Shown piece by piece: positions 21,801-31,932 of a DNA stretch of 58,578 nucleotides. This stretch comes from Chrysochromulina tobinii. Its lineage: Eukaryota. The stretch is taken from assembly GCA_001275005.1 (NCBI GenBank), contig JWZX01003310.1, positions 1 through 58,578 on the forward strand. The letters are read 5' to 3'. Position 1 is the stretch's first letter; every line of letters starts with the position of its first letter. A program made the position numbers and the translations under genes. The notes under the pieces are model-generated. The model ran no database searches. It worked only from the letters and a program-made list of their open reading frames with translations, and had not been told where the DNA came from.

Positions 21801-22843
21801 GTCACTGGGCGAGCTGTCGAGGAAGCGGCGGCGCCGCTCGCCATCATCGAAGCCTCGGCGCGAGATTGCATCTGCGAGGGCGGTCGAGATTGAATCTGCG
21901 AGGGCGGTCGAGATTGCATCTGCGAGGGCGGTCGAGATTGCACCTGCGAGGGCGGTCGGCGGCCGGCGAACGAGCTGCTCAGCACGGCGCTCGCGCGCAT
22001 TTCGTGAGCCGTGATTGCCTCCCTCATCAGGTGCGTGCTGCCGCCCGCGTGCACAGTCTCGCCTTCCTCAAAGGCCGGCGGCTCCGCCGCCACCGCCGCC
22101 ACCGCCGCTGCCACCGCCGCCATCACCGTCTCCGCCGCCATCGCCGCCACCGCCGCTGCCACCGCCAACGCCTCCGCCACCGCCTCCTCCTCCGCCGCCG
22201 CCACCGCCGTCCGCGCGTCGAAGCCCTTTGGTAGGACGACGGCGATTGAAGGACGGAGGCTCCGCCATGGCCACGACGGAGGCTCCGACATCGACGCGAG
22301 GTTCGCAGCTGCCACGAACGCGCCGGCGCCGGGCGTCCCACCCGTCCCATCACCGGTCTCCTCTGCAGGCCAATCGCCGTGCGGCCAGAAGAGATCGCTC
22401 GGCGTGTACGACGGCTGCGTGCTGCGTGCAGCGCTTGCAGCGGCGAGGCGCACGCCGTAGCGAGGCGACGGCGGTGCGCTCATCACGCCCGGAGGCGCAG
22501 GTGGCACGACGGGGCTATTGTAACAGATATCAGACCGACCCATCAGCAGTCGTCGTCGAAACACGTGGTCCGGCATCGGCGCTGGCGCGGCACTTCTTGT
22601 CGTAGTTAACAAGAGCGCGGCGGGCACGTCGATCGACCCGACATGGAGCGCGTTCCGGTCCGCGCTCGCCCAGCCCGTCGTCGAGGTTGGCTGCTGCGGC
22701 ATGGCCAAGCCGAGCTGCTCCCGCTGCCGCCGTTCCGCGACGAACGAATTCACCTCGGCGAGGTCCTGCGTCGCTGAGAGAAGCGCGGATCGGCGCCGAG
22801 GACGAGCGAAAGACTGAGGGACAGGGAGGGAGTATTGCACCAT
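12822..22843 (-). CDS. Giant IQ-motif / coiled-coil protein with two C-terminal CEP164-like WW modules (about 2750 aa, about 16 exons)
   Basis: Exons 22843-21027, 20942-19910, 19738-19654, 19567-19273, 19207-18921, 18716-17746, 17644-17314, 17223-16964, 16814-16478(?), 16391-16252, 16046-15564, 15473-15000, 14853-14748, 14626-14430, 14348-13936 and 13863-12822 are phase-compatible. The C-terminus YLGVPLRTHPQLLWLA...LPLGW...YYNPTLGVAQYEHP resembles the CEP164 N-terminal WW region. Also has IQ-like motifs and a CFYC...H...C knuckle. Confidence 0.72.
13864..13935 (-). mobile_element. Family-1 duplication intron (72 bp, in frame)
   Basis: 18-bp exon copy with 2 mismatches, plus cassette ending CCCCTCATAG. 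Confidence 0.8.
14349..14429 (-). mobile_element. Family-1 duplication intron (81 bp, in frame)
   Basis: 38-bp exact exon copy (14392-14429 = 14311-14348) plus cassette. Confidence 0.88.
14627..14747 (-). mobile_element. Family-2 intron (121 bp) with (TAATTGCCTCCC)n
   Basis: GTGAGT donor, 12-mer tandem array, and AG from the duplicated TTTGCATGCAG. Confidence 0.88.
14854..14999 (-). mobile_element. Compound intron: family-2 unit (14932-14999) plus family-1 unit (14854-14931)
   Basis: Contains a copy of the upstream exon end and a 32-bp copy of the downstream exon start. Removal gives GLNPP|VRGTHTFMEC. Confidence 0.85.
15474..15563 (-). mobile_element. Family-1 duplication intron (90 bp, in frame)
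   Basis: 26-bp exon copy with 1 mismatch, plus cassette. Confidence 0.85.
16047..16251 (-). other. Compound intron with a telomere-like (CCCTAA/CCCTTA) 3' tract
   Basis: CAG|GTACG donor, internal degenerate copies of both flanking exon ends, and CTAACCCTAAACCAAACCCTTACCCTTACCCTTACCCTTACCCTCCAG acceptor. Confidence 0.8.
16392..16496 (-). mobile_element. Family-2-like intron with (GTGATGACCTTGATTG..A)n; boundaries uncertain
   Basis: 19-mer tandem array. The frame is restored with donor 16477 and acceptor 16392, but not with the more obvious donor at 16496. Confidence 0.6.
16815..16963 (-). mobile_element. Compound intron: family-2 unit (16895-16963) plus family-1 unit (16815-16894)
   Basis: 33-bp exact exon copy (16862-16894 = 16782-16814), internal GAG|GT, and a 16-bp copy of the upstream exon end. 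Confidence 0.88.
17224..17313 (-). mobile_element. Family-2 intron (90 bp) with (TGATTGCGTC)n
   Basis: GTAAGC donor versus exon start GCGAGC; about seven 10-mers; ends CCCTCATCAG. Confidence 0.88.
17645..17745 (-). mobile_element. Family-1 intron (101 bp) with a doubled GCTCACCACGGCGCC
   Basis: CAG|GTGTGG donor and CCCCACAG acceptor; joins EESNQ|MERARH in frame. Confidence 0.82.
18717..18920 (-). mobile_element. Compound family-2 intron (204 bp) with 18-mer TGATTGCCTCCCTCRTCA repeats
   Basis: GTGGGAC is duplicated, an internal degenerate copy of the exon start lies near 18846-18872, and it ends CATCATCAG. Confidence 0.82.
19208..19272 (-). mobile_element. Family-1 duplication intron (65 bp)
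   Basis: 23-bp exact exon copy (19250-19272 = 19185-19207) plus cassette. Confidence 0.9.
19568..19653 (-). mobile_element. Diverged family-1 intron (86 bp)
   Basis: GTCAGC donor; GCATGCGCACGCTCACAACGGCGCC...TTCCCCACAG; frame restored on removal. Confidence 0.8.
19739..19909 (-). mobile_element. Family-2-like intron (171 bp) with TGAGTGCA repeats
   Basis: AG|GTGCCGT at both junctions; ends CCCCTCATCAG. Confidence 0.85.
20943..21026 (-). mobile_element. Family-1 duplication intron (84 bp, in frame)
   Basis: Copy of GTACGGCGAGGC..GAGAGCGAC plus GCATGCATGTGCTCACCACGGCGCC...TAATTAG. Confidence 0.8.
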
Positions 22844-23095
22844 TGCAGTCCAAGTCTGTTGAAAACTCTATTGTGCCCAGGAGAACGCTTTTTGACGAAC
22901 CGACCAATCTGTGGCGGACAGACCGTTTCGTTACAAGCACTTAGGATCCCCCTCGTGGTGGCGAGATTAAAGAAGTCTTTTTTTCGAAGTTTCGGCACCA
23001 AACTTACGCATGATAGTTTGGACAAAACGGAAAAAGAGGCGCGTCGGACTGCGGAGCCAAAGCTGCCCTCTCGCGAGCGGTCAAGGTTGTTGTTC

Positions 23096-26000
23096 ATGGA
23101 TAGCGACGACGTACCACCACCTCCTCCGCCAGTGGGGATCCCCGACAACTCCGACGAGCTGCCAGCTCCACCGCCTCCAGAAGTGTCGCCGCCACCCGAG
23201 TCACGCCGTTTGCAAACCAAGGCCTTGAGATCATTTCGGGGCGGGCGCGATTCCAGCGAGGCCACCTCCTCCAAAGACGATGCGACGACGATCAATGATT
23301 GGGTCCAGGAGGCTGGCTTGGGGACCATCCCTAATTTGAGCGAGACGCTCTTTGAGAAGGCGGGCACCCTCGACAACTTGCGCCGCATGGGGCTGGCCGA
23401 GAGGGATGAGATGCTCGTGCCGCTGCGGCTCAAGGGCGTGACTGCCAAGAAGGTGCAAGCCGCCCTGGACGCCCTCCGTGGGCCGGAGATACCGAACGGG
23501 CCGTCCAGCATCCTGTGGAACCTGGACCTCGCCGTCACCAGCGCCCCTCGCTCATATCGGGCAGACCAATCGGGGATCCAGAGCGCGCGACTACCCTCCG
23601 AGCGGACGCCCTCGTACCGGTCGGCGATGGCGTTGAAGCCCGCGCCGATCCTGTCGAACCGAGGCTCGCCTACCAAGCTCCTCTCCAACCGTGGCTCTCC
23701 CTCGAAGCTCTCGCCTCCCATGTCCGATGCGCAGGAGGTCGACGACCTCGTCGCGATGCTGTCCTCGCGGGGATCCTCGAGCAGCGCGCACTCGCCGCAG
23801 CTGCAGGCGCTGCTGGAGGCACAGGAGAAGGCGGCGGCCGAGAAGGCGGTGGCCGAGAAGGCGGCGGCCGAGAGGGCGGCGGTGCTGGCGCTCGAGCCTG
23901 GGCAACGTTACGCTGTCGGCACGTCCGTGTATTTCAAACGGAGTGACGGCTCGGAAACGGCCGCGATCGTCGACGAGTTCGACGACTCGCACCACCCACC
24001 CATCTACGTGCTCCGACTCGCGACTGGGGATGTGAAGCGCGCGCGCGAAAAGGAGTTGCGCCTCGACCGTGGGCCTGAGGCTGAGGCGGCGGCGGCGGCC
24101 GAGGCGGCTGCGGCCGAGGCGGCGGCGGCCGAGGCGGCGGCGGCGGCCCTAGCGGTGGACGAGGACGCGGCGGCCGACGTGGAGGTCCTCGAGCGCGAGT
24201 ACGAAGAGTCTGATTCAGACGACGAGGAAGAGGAGGAGGAGACCGAGGAGGAGCGCGCGACCCGAGAGGCCGCGGCCGCCTTCGAGCAGAGCGGCATTCC
24301 GGTCGCTACTGCCCAACGCAAGGGGAAGAGAGAGCCACTCCCTTTCACGCTCAAGCTGCCCGCACAACAGCCGTCCTCGGACATAGAGGTCTCCGAGGAC
24401 GGCCCCATCTTCACGGCGCGTGGGACGATGATCTTCGCAGGCTCGGGCACGGGCGAGGGTGAGGATATGCCCATCTTCACGCCACGCACGATCGCTCTTC
24501 AAGTAGCAGCGATGGAGGAATTACAGTTGCAGGCGCAAGCTTTGGAGTCCGATGTGCCCGTCTTCACGCCGCGCTCGATGGCGATCGCTCTCAGTGCGCG
24601 CCTCACCCACCCCTCTGCACACCGTAACCCCCCCTGTACACCGTACCCATCCCCCCTGCACACCGTACCCAGTTTTAAGTCCACACTCCCTACGCTGACC
24701 CCCCCCTCCCCGTGTGAACACGCTCCCTGCGCGGTGTGAACACACTCCCTACGCTGACCCCCCCCTCCCCGTGTGAACACGCTCCCTGCGCGGTGTGAAC
24801 ACGCTCCCTACGCTGACCCCCCCTCCCCTTCCTCCCCTGCCTCCCCTGCCCCGCTCAGTGATCGTGGCTGCCGACGAGGCGGATGAGGGCGCGTCGGCGC
24901 TCTCGCAGCGCGGCGCCCGGCCAGGTGGCGAAGGTGGGCCAATCTTCACCCCCCGCGATTTTCTGGACGACGACACGCCCGTCGAGAGCCTGTTCACACC
25001 GCGCTCGCGGGAGCGCGTGCTCACGCATCGCGACCGCGAGGGCGAGGATCCGGAGCTTGAAGGGGCGATGTCGGGGCTGTCGCTGGGTGCCTCGTCCAAG
25101 GGCCCTTCCCCATCGAAAAAGAAGGGAAAAGGTGACAAGGCAGCCAAGGCCAAGGGGGACAAGACAGCCAAGGGGGACAAGACAGCCAAAGGTGAGAAGA
25201 CAGCTACGGCCAGGGGCAAGGAGAAGGCAGTCGAGGCAGCTACGGCAGCTACGGCAGGTGCATCGTCGGAGGAGCCGTTGGCGGCGGCAGGTGCATCCGA
25301 GGAAGCGCCGAGCGACGGCGCGAGCAAAGAGAAGGGCAAGAAGGGCAAGAAGGAGAAGAAGGACAAGGCGCCCAAGGCTCGTAAGGAGTGGAGTTTTGTG
25401 CTTGACGTGCAGACGGCCGACGGTACCGTCGTGCACTCGATGGGGACGGTGCTCAAGGCGAAGGCGATGGAGAAACCCGTTTGGGCGGGGCTGATCGTGC
25501 CCGCGCTCGACGCGTACGCCAACGCGGCGTTCGAATCCCAAGAGGCCTTCAACACAGCCGTCTCCGACAACCTCGGCAAGACCGAGCGCGTGCGCGTCTC
25601 GGTCGACGGCACGCTGCTTGAAACGTCCCAAAAGGAGACTAAGATCTCATCCCTGCTCAAGCCCGAGTCGCAGGCGTATCAGTTCACGCGCATCGTGATC
25701 GCGCTGCCGTTGCTCGGTGAGCAGGCGCCGTTGGCCAAGAAGCCCATCGACGCCGACACGGCCCACTTTCATGTAGACCTGCGCTCGCTCGACGGCGTGA
25801 TCCTCACGTCTCTCGAGTGCGTTGTGCCCAAGAGCTCGTTCAACAAGGTGCTCACGAAGGCGGTCGTCGTACCCGCACTCAGGCACTATTTCAAGTTGTG
25901 CCCGGACGCGCCACGCGTCGCGTACGACGCGATCCAAATCGAGGTGGATGGCGTGGTCACCCCTGGCGACGACAAGGCGATCTCATACGTCAAGGCGGCC

Positions 26001-27239
26001 AACTTGCCCGTGCCGATCAAGCTCACGCTCCCTACGACCCTGCTCGGGGGCTCTGAGGGGGGTGCGCCCGCAACGGCCGACGAAGAAGGCGCCTCGGCCA
26101 AGAAGGACAAGGGCAAGAAGAAGGGCAAGAAGGAGAAGAAGGAGAAGGGGGCCAAGGAGGTGCCTTTGCCCCTGGGCCCTCCGTCAAAATTCGTCATCGA
26201 TCTGCAGACCGACACGGGTGAGGTCGTCTCGTCCTTCGGCACCGAGCTGACCGCCAAGTTCCTCAACATGCCGATCACCGAGTCGATCGTGAAGCCGCTG
26301 CTCATCGATTGGTGCAATAAGAACAAGCTCAAGATGTCGGTCGACCCCTCCGCCATCCGGATCATTGTCAACGGCCAGCCTGTGGAAGGCGCGTCCAAGT
26401 GCTCGAGTTTCGTACGGCCGGACGCCGACGTCGTGGGCGTGGTGCTGATGCTGCCCGCGAGCTTCAAGCTGCCCGGCGCGGGCGATGGGCCACTGAGGGC
26501 TGCGGACTTCCACGTCATCATGCGGTTCACCTCGGGTGAGATGGCCGAATTTGACGTGAAGCTCAACGAGCGGTGGCTTGCCGAGCCGATCTTGAAATCC
26601 ATCGTCAAGACCGCCCTCAAGACTGCCAAACAGGGGGGTCTCGCGCCCGAGAGGGTCGGAGTGATCATCGACTCCGAGCCGATCGAGCTGCGCGACCTCG
26701 AGAAGCGACCCTCGTCCTATTTCGTCAAGCGGGCCAGGTTAGGGCCGACGCTCGTTGAGCTCGCGTTGCCTGATTACGACATCACGCAGAGCCCAGCTCC
26801 GCCCTCGTTCTTCGGCGCGCTCGTCGCTGGCGCCAAGCACGCGGTCAGCCTCTTCAACCCCTTTTCGCACGCATCACACCCCAAGGGCAGCACCGCCTTG
26901 GCTCTCCTCGAGCCCGCCCAGTTCCAGGTCAATATCCACGGCGGTCTGAAGCGCTGGGAGACGGAGACTGAGCTGGTGCACAAATGGCTCAACAAGTCCC
27001 TCAGGGACGGTCTCGTGGCTCCCGCGCTCAAGGCCTATTTCCGTGATGACATTGGCTCCGTGCCCGTGAATGCGGACGACGAGGGGCTCAAGGTCGAGGT
27101 GAATCACAAGGCGATCTCCGCCGCTGACCTCAGCAAGCACTCGGAGGCCTTCGTCGATCGCCGGAACAATACCCCGACTCGGATCGACATTACCCTGCCG
27201 ACGCGCCAGTACACGCTCAAGCGCATAAGCAAGGCGTGA
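23096..27239 (+). CDS. Hypothetical multidomain protein (about 1292 aa): SAM-like, SH3/Tudor-like, PIFTPR repeats and five repeated about 95-aa domains
   Basis: Exons 23096-24593 and 24859-27239 join in phase. Motifs INDWVQEAGL...LVPLRLKG (SAM-like) and YAVGTSVYFKRSDG...IYVLRL (SH3-like). Confidence 0.75.
24594..24858 (+). other. Intron (265 bp) with an internal about 58-bp tandem repeat
   Basis: GTGCGC...CCGCTCAG, CTCAGTG at both ends, CTGAC in each repeat, C-rich. Confidence 0.8.
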
Positions 27240-27870
27240 GCGAGCGCACAGATGAGGCGAACTCGTGTACCGGCATGCATCGGAGCGCTTGAAGCCACGC
27301 CGCCCGTCACGGCGCCGCGTCGGAGTTTGGTGCGGGTGTGACAAAGACAGATTTGATCAGCAGTGATATGGCCATGCGTGGCTTGTCCGAGATCGATCGA
27401 GGCTTCCGAGCTTCGCTGTCTGTGCTCGTCCACCCGTACCAGGGAGTGATGAAAGTTGCGAGCGTTGGTGGTTGCATTTGAAATTGACCGTTGAACACGG
27501 CTACTGACAGAGTCCAAATTCTCTTGTTTACCAGAAACATGGCCGACCTCCACCCGACAGTCACCCAGAGAGTTGGGGCCCCCGCTAGTTCCGGTCAAGT
27601 GACAGAACATGACCAAAATCGAAACCAAACTCAAACATGACACCCTCACCGAAAAAGGACGTCGCCACGTCGGTTCAAAAACACCCGGGGAAGCCGGAAC
27701 ACACACGAGACTGGAACACGTGCCTTCCTAACTTGAAAGTCGCTGGGATCGCGACGAAACTGACGGACTTCGTCCAGAAACTGTCGGAGGTAGTCGGAGG
27801 TCATGAATGCAGTCAAAGATGGACTCCACCGATGAATTGCGTACCGAGCCTTCTCCGCTCGTGCGTGCCG

Positions 27871-28632
27871 ATGCCCCGGCCGATTTTCACTTACTTCGAC
27901 TTTGGAGGGCGCGCGTTTGCGGTCCGCGCCGCGCTGTTCAAGGCACTGGGCAAGGACGGGTGGGAGGACGAGCGCATCGACGGCCCGACGTTCGCGCGTC
28001 GCAAGGCTGCGGGAGAGCTTCCGCTCGGAGCGCTGCCGATGATCACGCTACCTGACGGGCTGAAGGTGTCCCAGTCGACTGCTTTGGCGCGTTGGGCCGG
28101 CCGGCAGTCAACTCTGTACCCTACCGACCCGACCGCCGCGCTGATCGTCGACTTCGTCATGGAGACCGCCAACGAGATCCTTGGCAAGTCACCGACGTCG
28201 AAGGATCCGGACGAGAAGAAAAAGGCACGAGAGGAGTACTCGCAGTCGGGGTTCATGTTCCGCGCGATGAGCGCGCTGGAGGCGAGATACGACGACGCGA
28301 GCGGCTTCTGCACCGGCAGCCTCACGATCGCCGACCTCGTTCTGTACGGCGTCGTCGACATGGTGCTCACGGGCAACTTTGACTATGTGCCTCCCTCGTA
28401 CATGCTGGCCCACTGATTGCTCCTGATTGCACCTGATCACTCCTGATCGCTCCGGATTGCTCATGGTAATCTCTACGGGTCTCTCTGATGGCCTCCCTGA
28501 TGACCTCCGTGATGGCACCTGATTGACTCCCACATTAGGTACATGGATGGCTACCCCAAGCTGCTCGCGATGCATGCGGCGGTCAAGAGCGACCCACTGG
28601 TCGTCGCGTACTTTGCAGAGTACAAGGACTGA
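27871..28632 (+). CDS. Glutathione S-transferase (sigma-class-like, 206 aa)
   Basis: FTYFDFGGRA, LPLGALP, VSQSTALARW and LTIADL. Exons 27871-28397 and 28539-28632. Confidence 0.92.
28398..28538 (+). mobile_element. Older family-2-like intron (141 bp)
   Basis: GTACATG is duplicated at the exon start; degenerate CTGATTGC repeats; removal completes the GST C-terminus. Confidence 0.85.
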
Positions 28633-29486
28633 GTCTGAGATAGCGCTCCCGTTGTGGGATCTTGGATCCGATCTTGCTCAACGTTCTCGCGGCAGCTAAG
28701 CGGCAGCTCTCCACCATGACGTTCGTCGGTTGCCGCGCCGAGTACGCAGCGTATAGGGTGCGAACACGCGGATCGGCTGCGTCGCGTACACGCGAGTATC
28801 GCGTGGGTGCATTAACGCAGGGTATGCGTGTACGGACATAACAGGATTACACATTAAAGCAAATAAAGGCATTTCGCCGAAAGTGGTTTCTCGGAGATCG
28901 TCGAGATGCCACGAAAGTCGATAATTACAGACACGTGCGCACGCAGTTTGCGCGATGAATCGGCTCAATCGCGCGTGAAAATTCAACTCTAAGGTACGTT
29001 AAAACCTAGACGCGTGCTTGGTGTGCGCGGCGTCAGGCAGGGTTGTCAGGTGTGTCGTGAATGACAAGTCGTTACATATCATTGACTTGACTTGACTTGA
29101 CACACAAAATATAAGTTGGCCAGGGTACATTGTAGGCCAGGTAGGCCAGGTGGGCCAGGTACTGCGTACAGGCCACAAGGTCAGGGGCGCGCCGCTCAGG
29201 CTGTGGCAAGGGCTGTGGGTAGAGCTGTAAACTGAGTCTGGGCACAGCGTGGTCCATGGGCTGAGTTGGTCTGGGGCGGGAGCTCCATAGGGGTGCGGGG
29301 CAGCGCCCCGCATCAGAAAATTTTCAGGTACTAAGGTCTCCGGACTTTGAGAAAACTTGATGATCTTTCCAAACGTAGAAGAGGCTCGATCGATGGGAGC
29401 GCGAGCGAAGCGTGCGTCGTCTCGCGGCGCGTGCGTAGGAACTTGCGTAGGGTCCCTACGCTCTCGTGGTTGCCTATCTGGGTGAC

Positions 29487-29909
29487 ATGTTCACCGAGCT
29501 GGTCCAAGAAAGCCGCGTGCGGCGTGAACGGCTGGCGGCTGACAATGAGGTGCGCAAGCGCGAGGCCATAGCATCGATCGGCGCGGCCACGGATGCGGCA
29601 ATGGACTCGATCAATGACGGCTCCGCCGCCGTGTGGCACAATCAGCAGCAACTTGAGGCAGAAGCGCGTCTGCTCCACCAGAACTCACAGCGTCTCGCCG
29701 CCGAAGCATCACAATGGGTGGCCTCCTACCAAGGATTCCACCAGGCGCTCAAAAACCTCGGTGATATCGAGAACTGGGCGCGGGCGATCGAGTCAGACAT
29801 GACGTTCATCAGCTCGTCGCTTGACGGACTGCAGCAGCGAATGCGGTCGCCTTCTTCGGGCTCGAGTTCTCTACCGAGCGCATCGAGCCGAGCAAAAGCA
29901 GTGGACTAG
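29487..29909 (+). CDS. BLOC1S1: BLOC-1 complex subunit 1 (GCN5L1)
   Basis: NQQQLEAEA...ALKNLGDIENWARAIESDM, the BLOC1S1 signature. Confidence 0.92.
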   Translation: MFTELVQESRVRRERLAADNEVRKREAIASIGAATDAAMDSINDGSAAVWHNQQQLEAEARLLHQNSQRLAAEASQWVASYQGFHQALKNLGDIENWARAIESDMTFISSSLDGLQQRMRSPSSGSSSLPSASSRAKAVD

Positions 29910-30343
29910 ACATTTCGGCTCTGCTGCAGCCCACACAGTGTGAGAGTTTCTCACTCGAATTGTAGTGAGTGTGACTGTGGCAAATTGGTACGAGACTCGA
30001 GGCGACTAAGTATCGCAGATCATCTATGAATAGGCGCTAGGCCAACACTCAGCATACACGTGGGGGCACCGCACACAAAGGGGTGATATCGAGTCCGCAG
30101 AACTTCATCTACTTCACCGTGATCTTTCCCCCTACGGGGGGGCGGGCACGTCCCTCCTCGCTCCTGTGAGTGTTCCTGTCGCTGTGTGCGGTGTCAACCC
30201 ATGCGCGAAACCTAACCAGCGGCTCCTGACGAAACCGGCTCCGAGGTCGAGCAGAGCCACGCGCACGCGACTTTCCACAGCGGACAGCGCGCCAGCCTCT
30301 CGCGTTTAGTCGGTTTCGTCAGCCACTCGGGTCCTTAGTGTAC

Positions 30344-31524
30344 TTAGTCAGTCGCCTTAGCCTCCATTGCATGCAAGGCGCTGGTCTCGCCGTGAACCGC
30401 CTCGTCTAACGAGAGGCGGCCGGGTCCGAACACCACGAGCTGCAGCAAGGCACCGGCGGTGGACCACTGTTGGAAGAAGAAGTAGCGCTGGTGCGTCGCA
30501 TAGACCCACGCGGGCACCACAGCACCTTCGAAGCCAATCACCTGACGACGGACGCAATCAGACGTCATCAGAGGAGCCATCAGATGCAATCAGGATCGAG
30601 CACCTTCGAAGCCAATCACCTCGTCGAGCGTGTAGTTGCGATCGGACCAGAGAACGACATACCAGGGATGTGAATAGAGCGCCGCGAACAGCGTCACCAC
30701 CGCAAGGATGAAAGCGCACCTGATGAGGGAGCCAATCAGCATGCACTCAGAGAGGCACTCAAAGGCCATCCTCATCGAGCGCGTCACCACCGCCGCGAGG
30801 AGGATGCGAGAGCCGCCTAATGAAAGGGAGGCAATCAGCATGCACTCAGGATGAGAGCGCGCGGCACCAGCGCGATCTCAATCCAATGACGAGCCAGGCG
30901 GTGAGCGGGAGCAACATGACGAGTAGAGCGATCTCCGTCATCGTGGCGGGCAGGTTCTCATGGGTGAATCCGTCGTTCAGCGCCGCGAACCGCTCGCGCG
31001 CCATCTTCTGCGCATAGAAGAGATAGAGAGCCGACAAGGCAGCAGCGGCCTGCTAGCTGCAGGCGATCCGTCTCGGTCTGGCGCTCCTCTTGCGACACGA
31101 CGGGCAACGCGCTCGAGCGCAGCGTCGCGCGCGTGCTCGACAGCAGGATGAGTAGGCCGCCGATGATGGATACTTCCTCGACGACAAACTCTGTGTTGCG
31201 CTGCTGCTGGTAGAGGAAAGGATGAGCGGCGCTCCAGGAGATCAGCACGACGCAGCCGATTTGCACGAACCGCGCCTGCCCGGAGAGCACGAGGCCGGCG
31301 CCGATGCCCTGCACCGCGCAGAAGAGCGCAGGCAGGATGGAGGACGCTGGTTCGCCGAATCCGACCGTCCGCATCGAGTCTGCTTGGCCAGTGTAGTCAC
31401 TGGCGATACGCACAAAGTCGTCCACGAAGGTACCGACGATCAGCGCGCGCGAAAGCGCCTGCAAGGGCCGCCACGTGCGCTTGACATGGGGCTTGTCGAG
31501 GAGGGAGGTGAAGGCCTGCGCCAT
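30344..31524 (-). CDS. SURF4: SURF4/Erv29 ER cargo receptor (one apparent +1 frameshift near 31038)
   Basis: RALIVGTFVDDFVR, SIIGGLLILL, LQLAGR and YFFFQQWSTAGALLQLVVFGPGRLSLD. Exons 31524-30868, 30719-30620 and 30541-30344. Confidence 0.85.
30542..30619 (-). mobile_element. Family-2 duplication intron (78 bp)
   Basis: 21-bp exact exon copy (30599-30619 = 30521-30541); ends GATTGCGTCCGTCGTCAG. Confidence 0.9.
30720..30867 (-). mobile_element. Compound family-2 intron (units 30817-30867 and 30720-30816)
   Basis: Two TGAGTGCATGCTGATTG cassettes and two degenerate exon-start copies; frame restored to RW|CAFIL. Confidence 0.85.
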
Positions 31525-31932
31525 TCTTGAGAAAAGGTCAGTGGAATCGATCCAGATTCATACGAAAAGGTCAGCAGAGTTCCCCTCTAAGACGCCCAGA
31601 TCTAGACAAACATCGGCAGCCGAACTCCACTGAGGCCAGAGTTACCGACGCCGACTCACAGACGCGCACCGCACGACGCACGATCACGGCCCCCGGTGCC
31701 ACCGACCAATTGCCACCGACTCTGAAGAGGCCGCCCGGCGGGGTTAAGTACCGTGTCGTCTGTGTGCCGTAGACCCGTGGGAGAAAGGATGTGTAACAGA
31801 GTTTTGATGTGTGCTGCTAGAGCCGAGTTGACACGCCGTGGGGTACCCCGTGTTCTCGCCGCGTTGACACCTCCTCGTGCTGCCTGTGTACCTACCGTGT
31901 CTTGCGTGGGCGGGGGCTCTTGCTGCCTGTTT

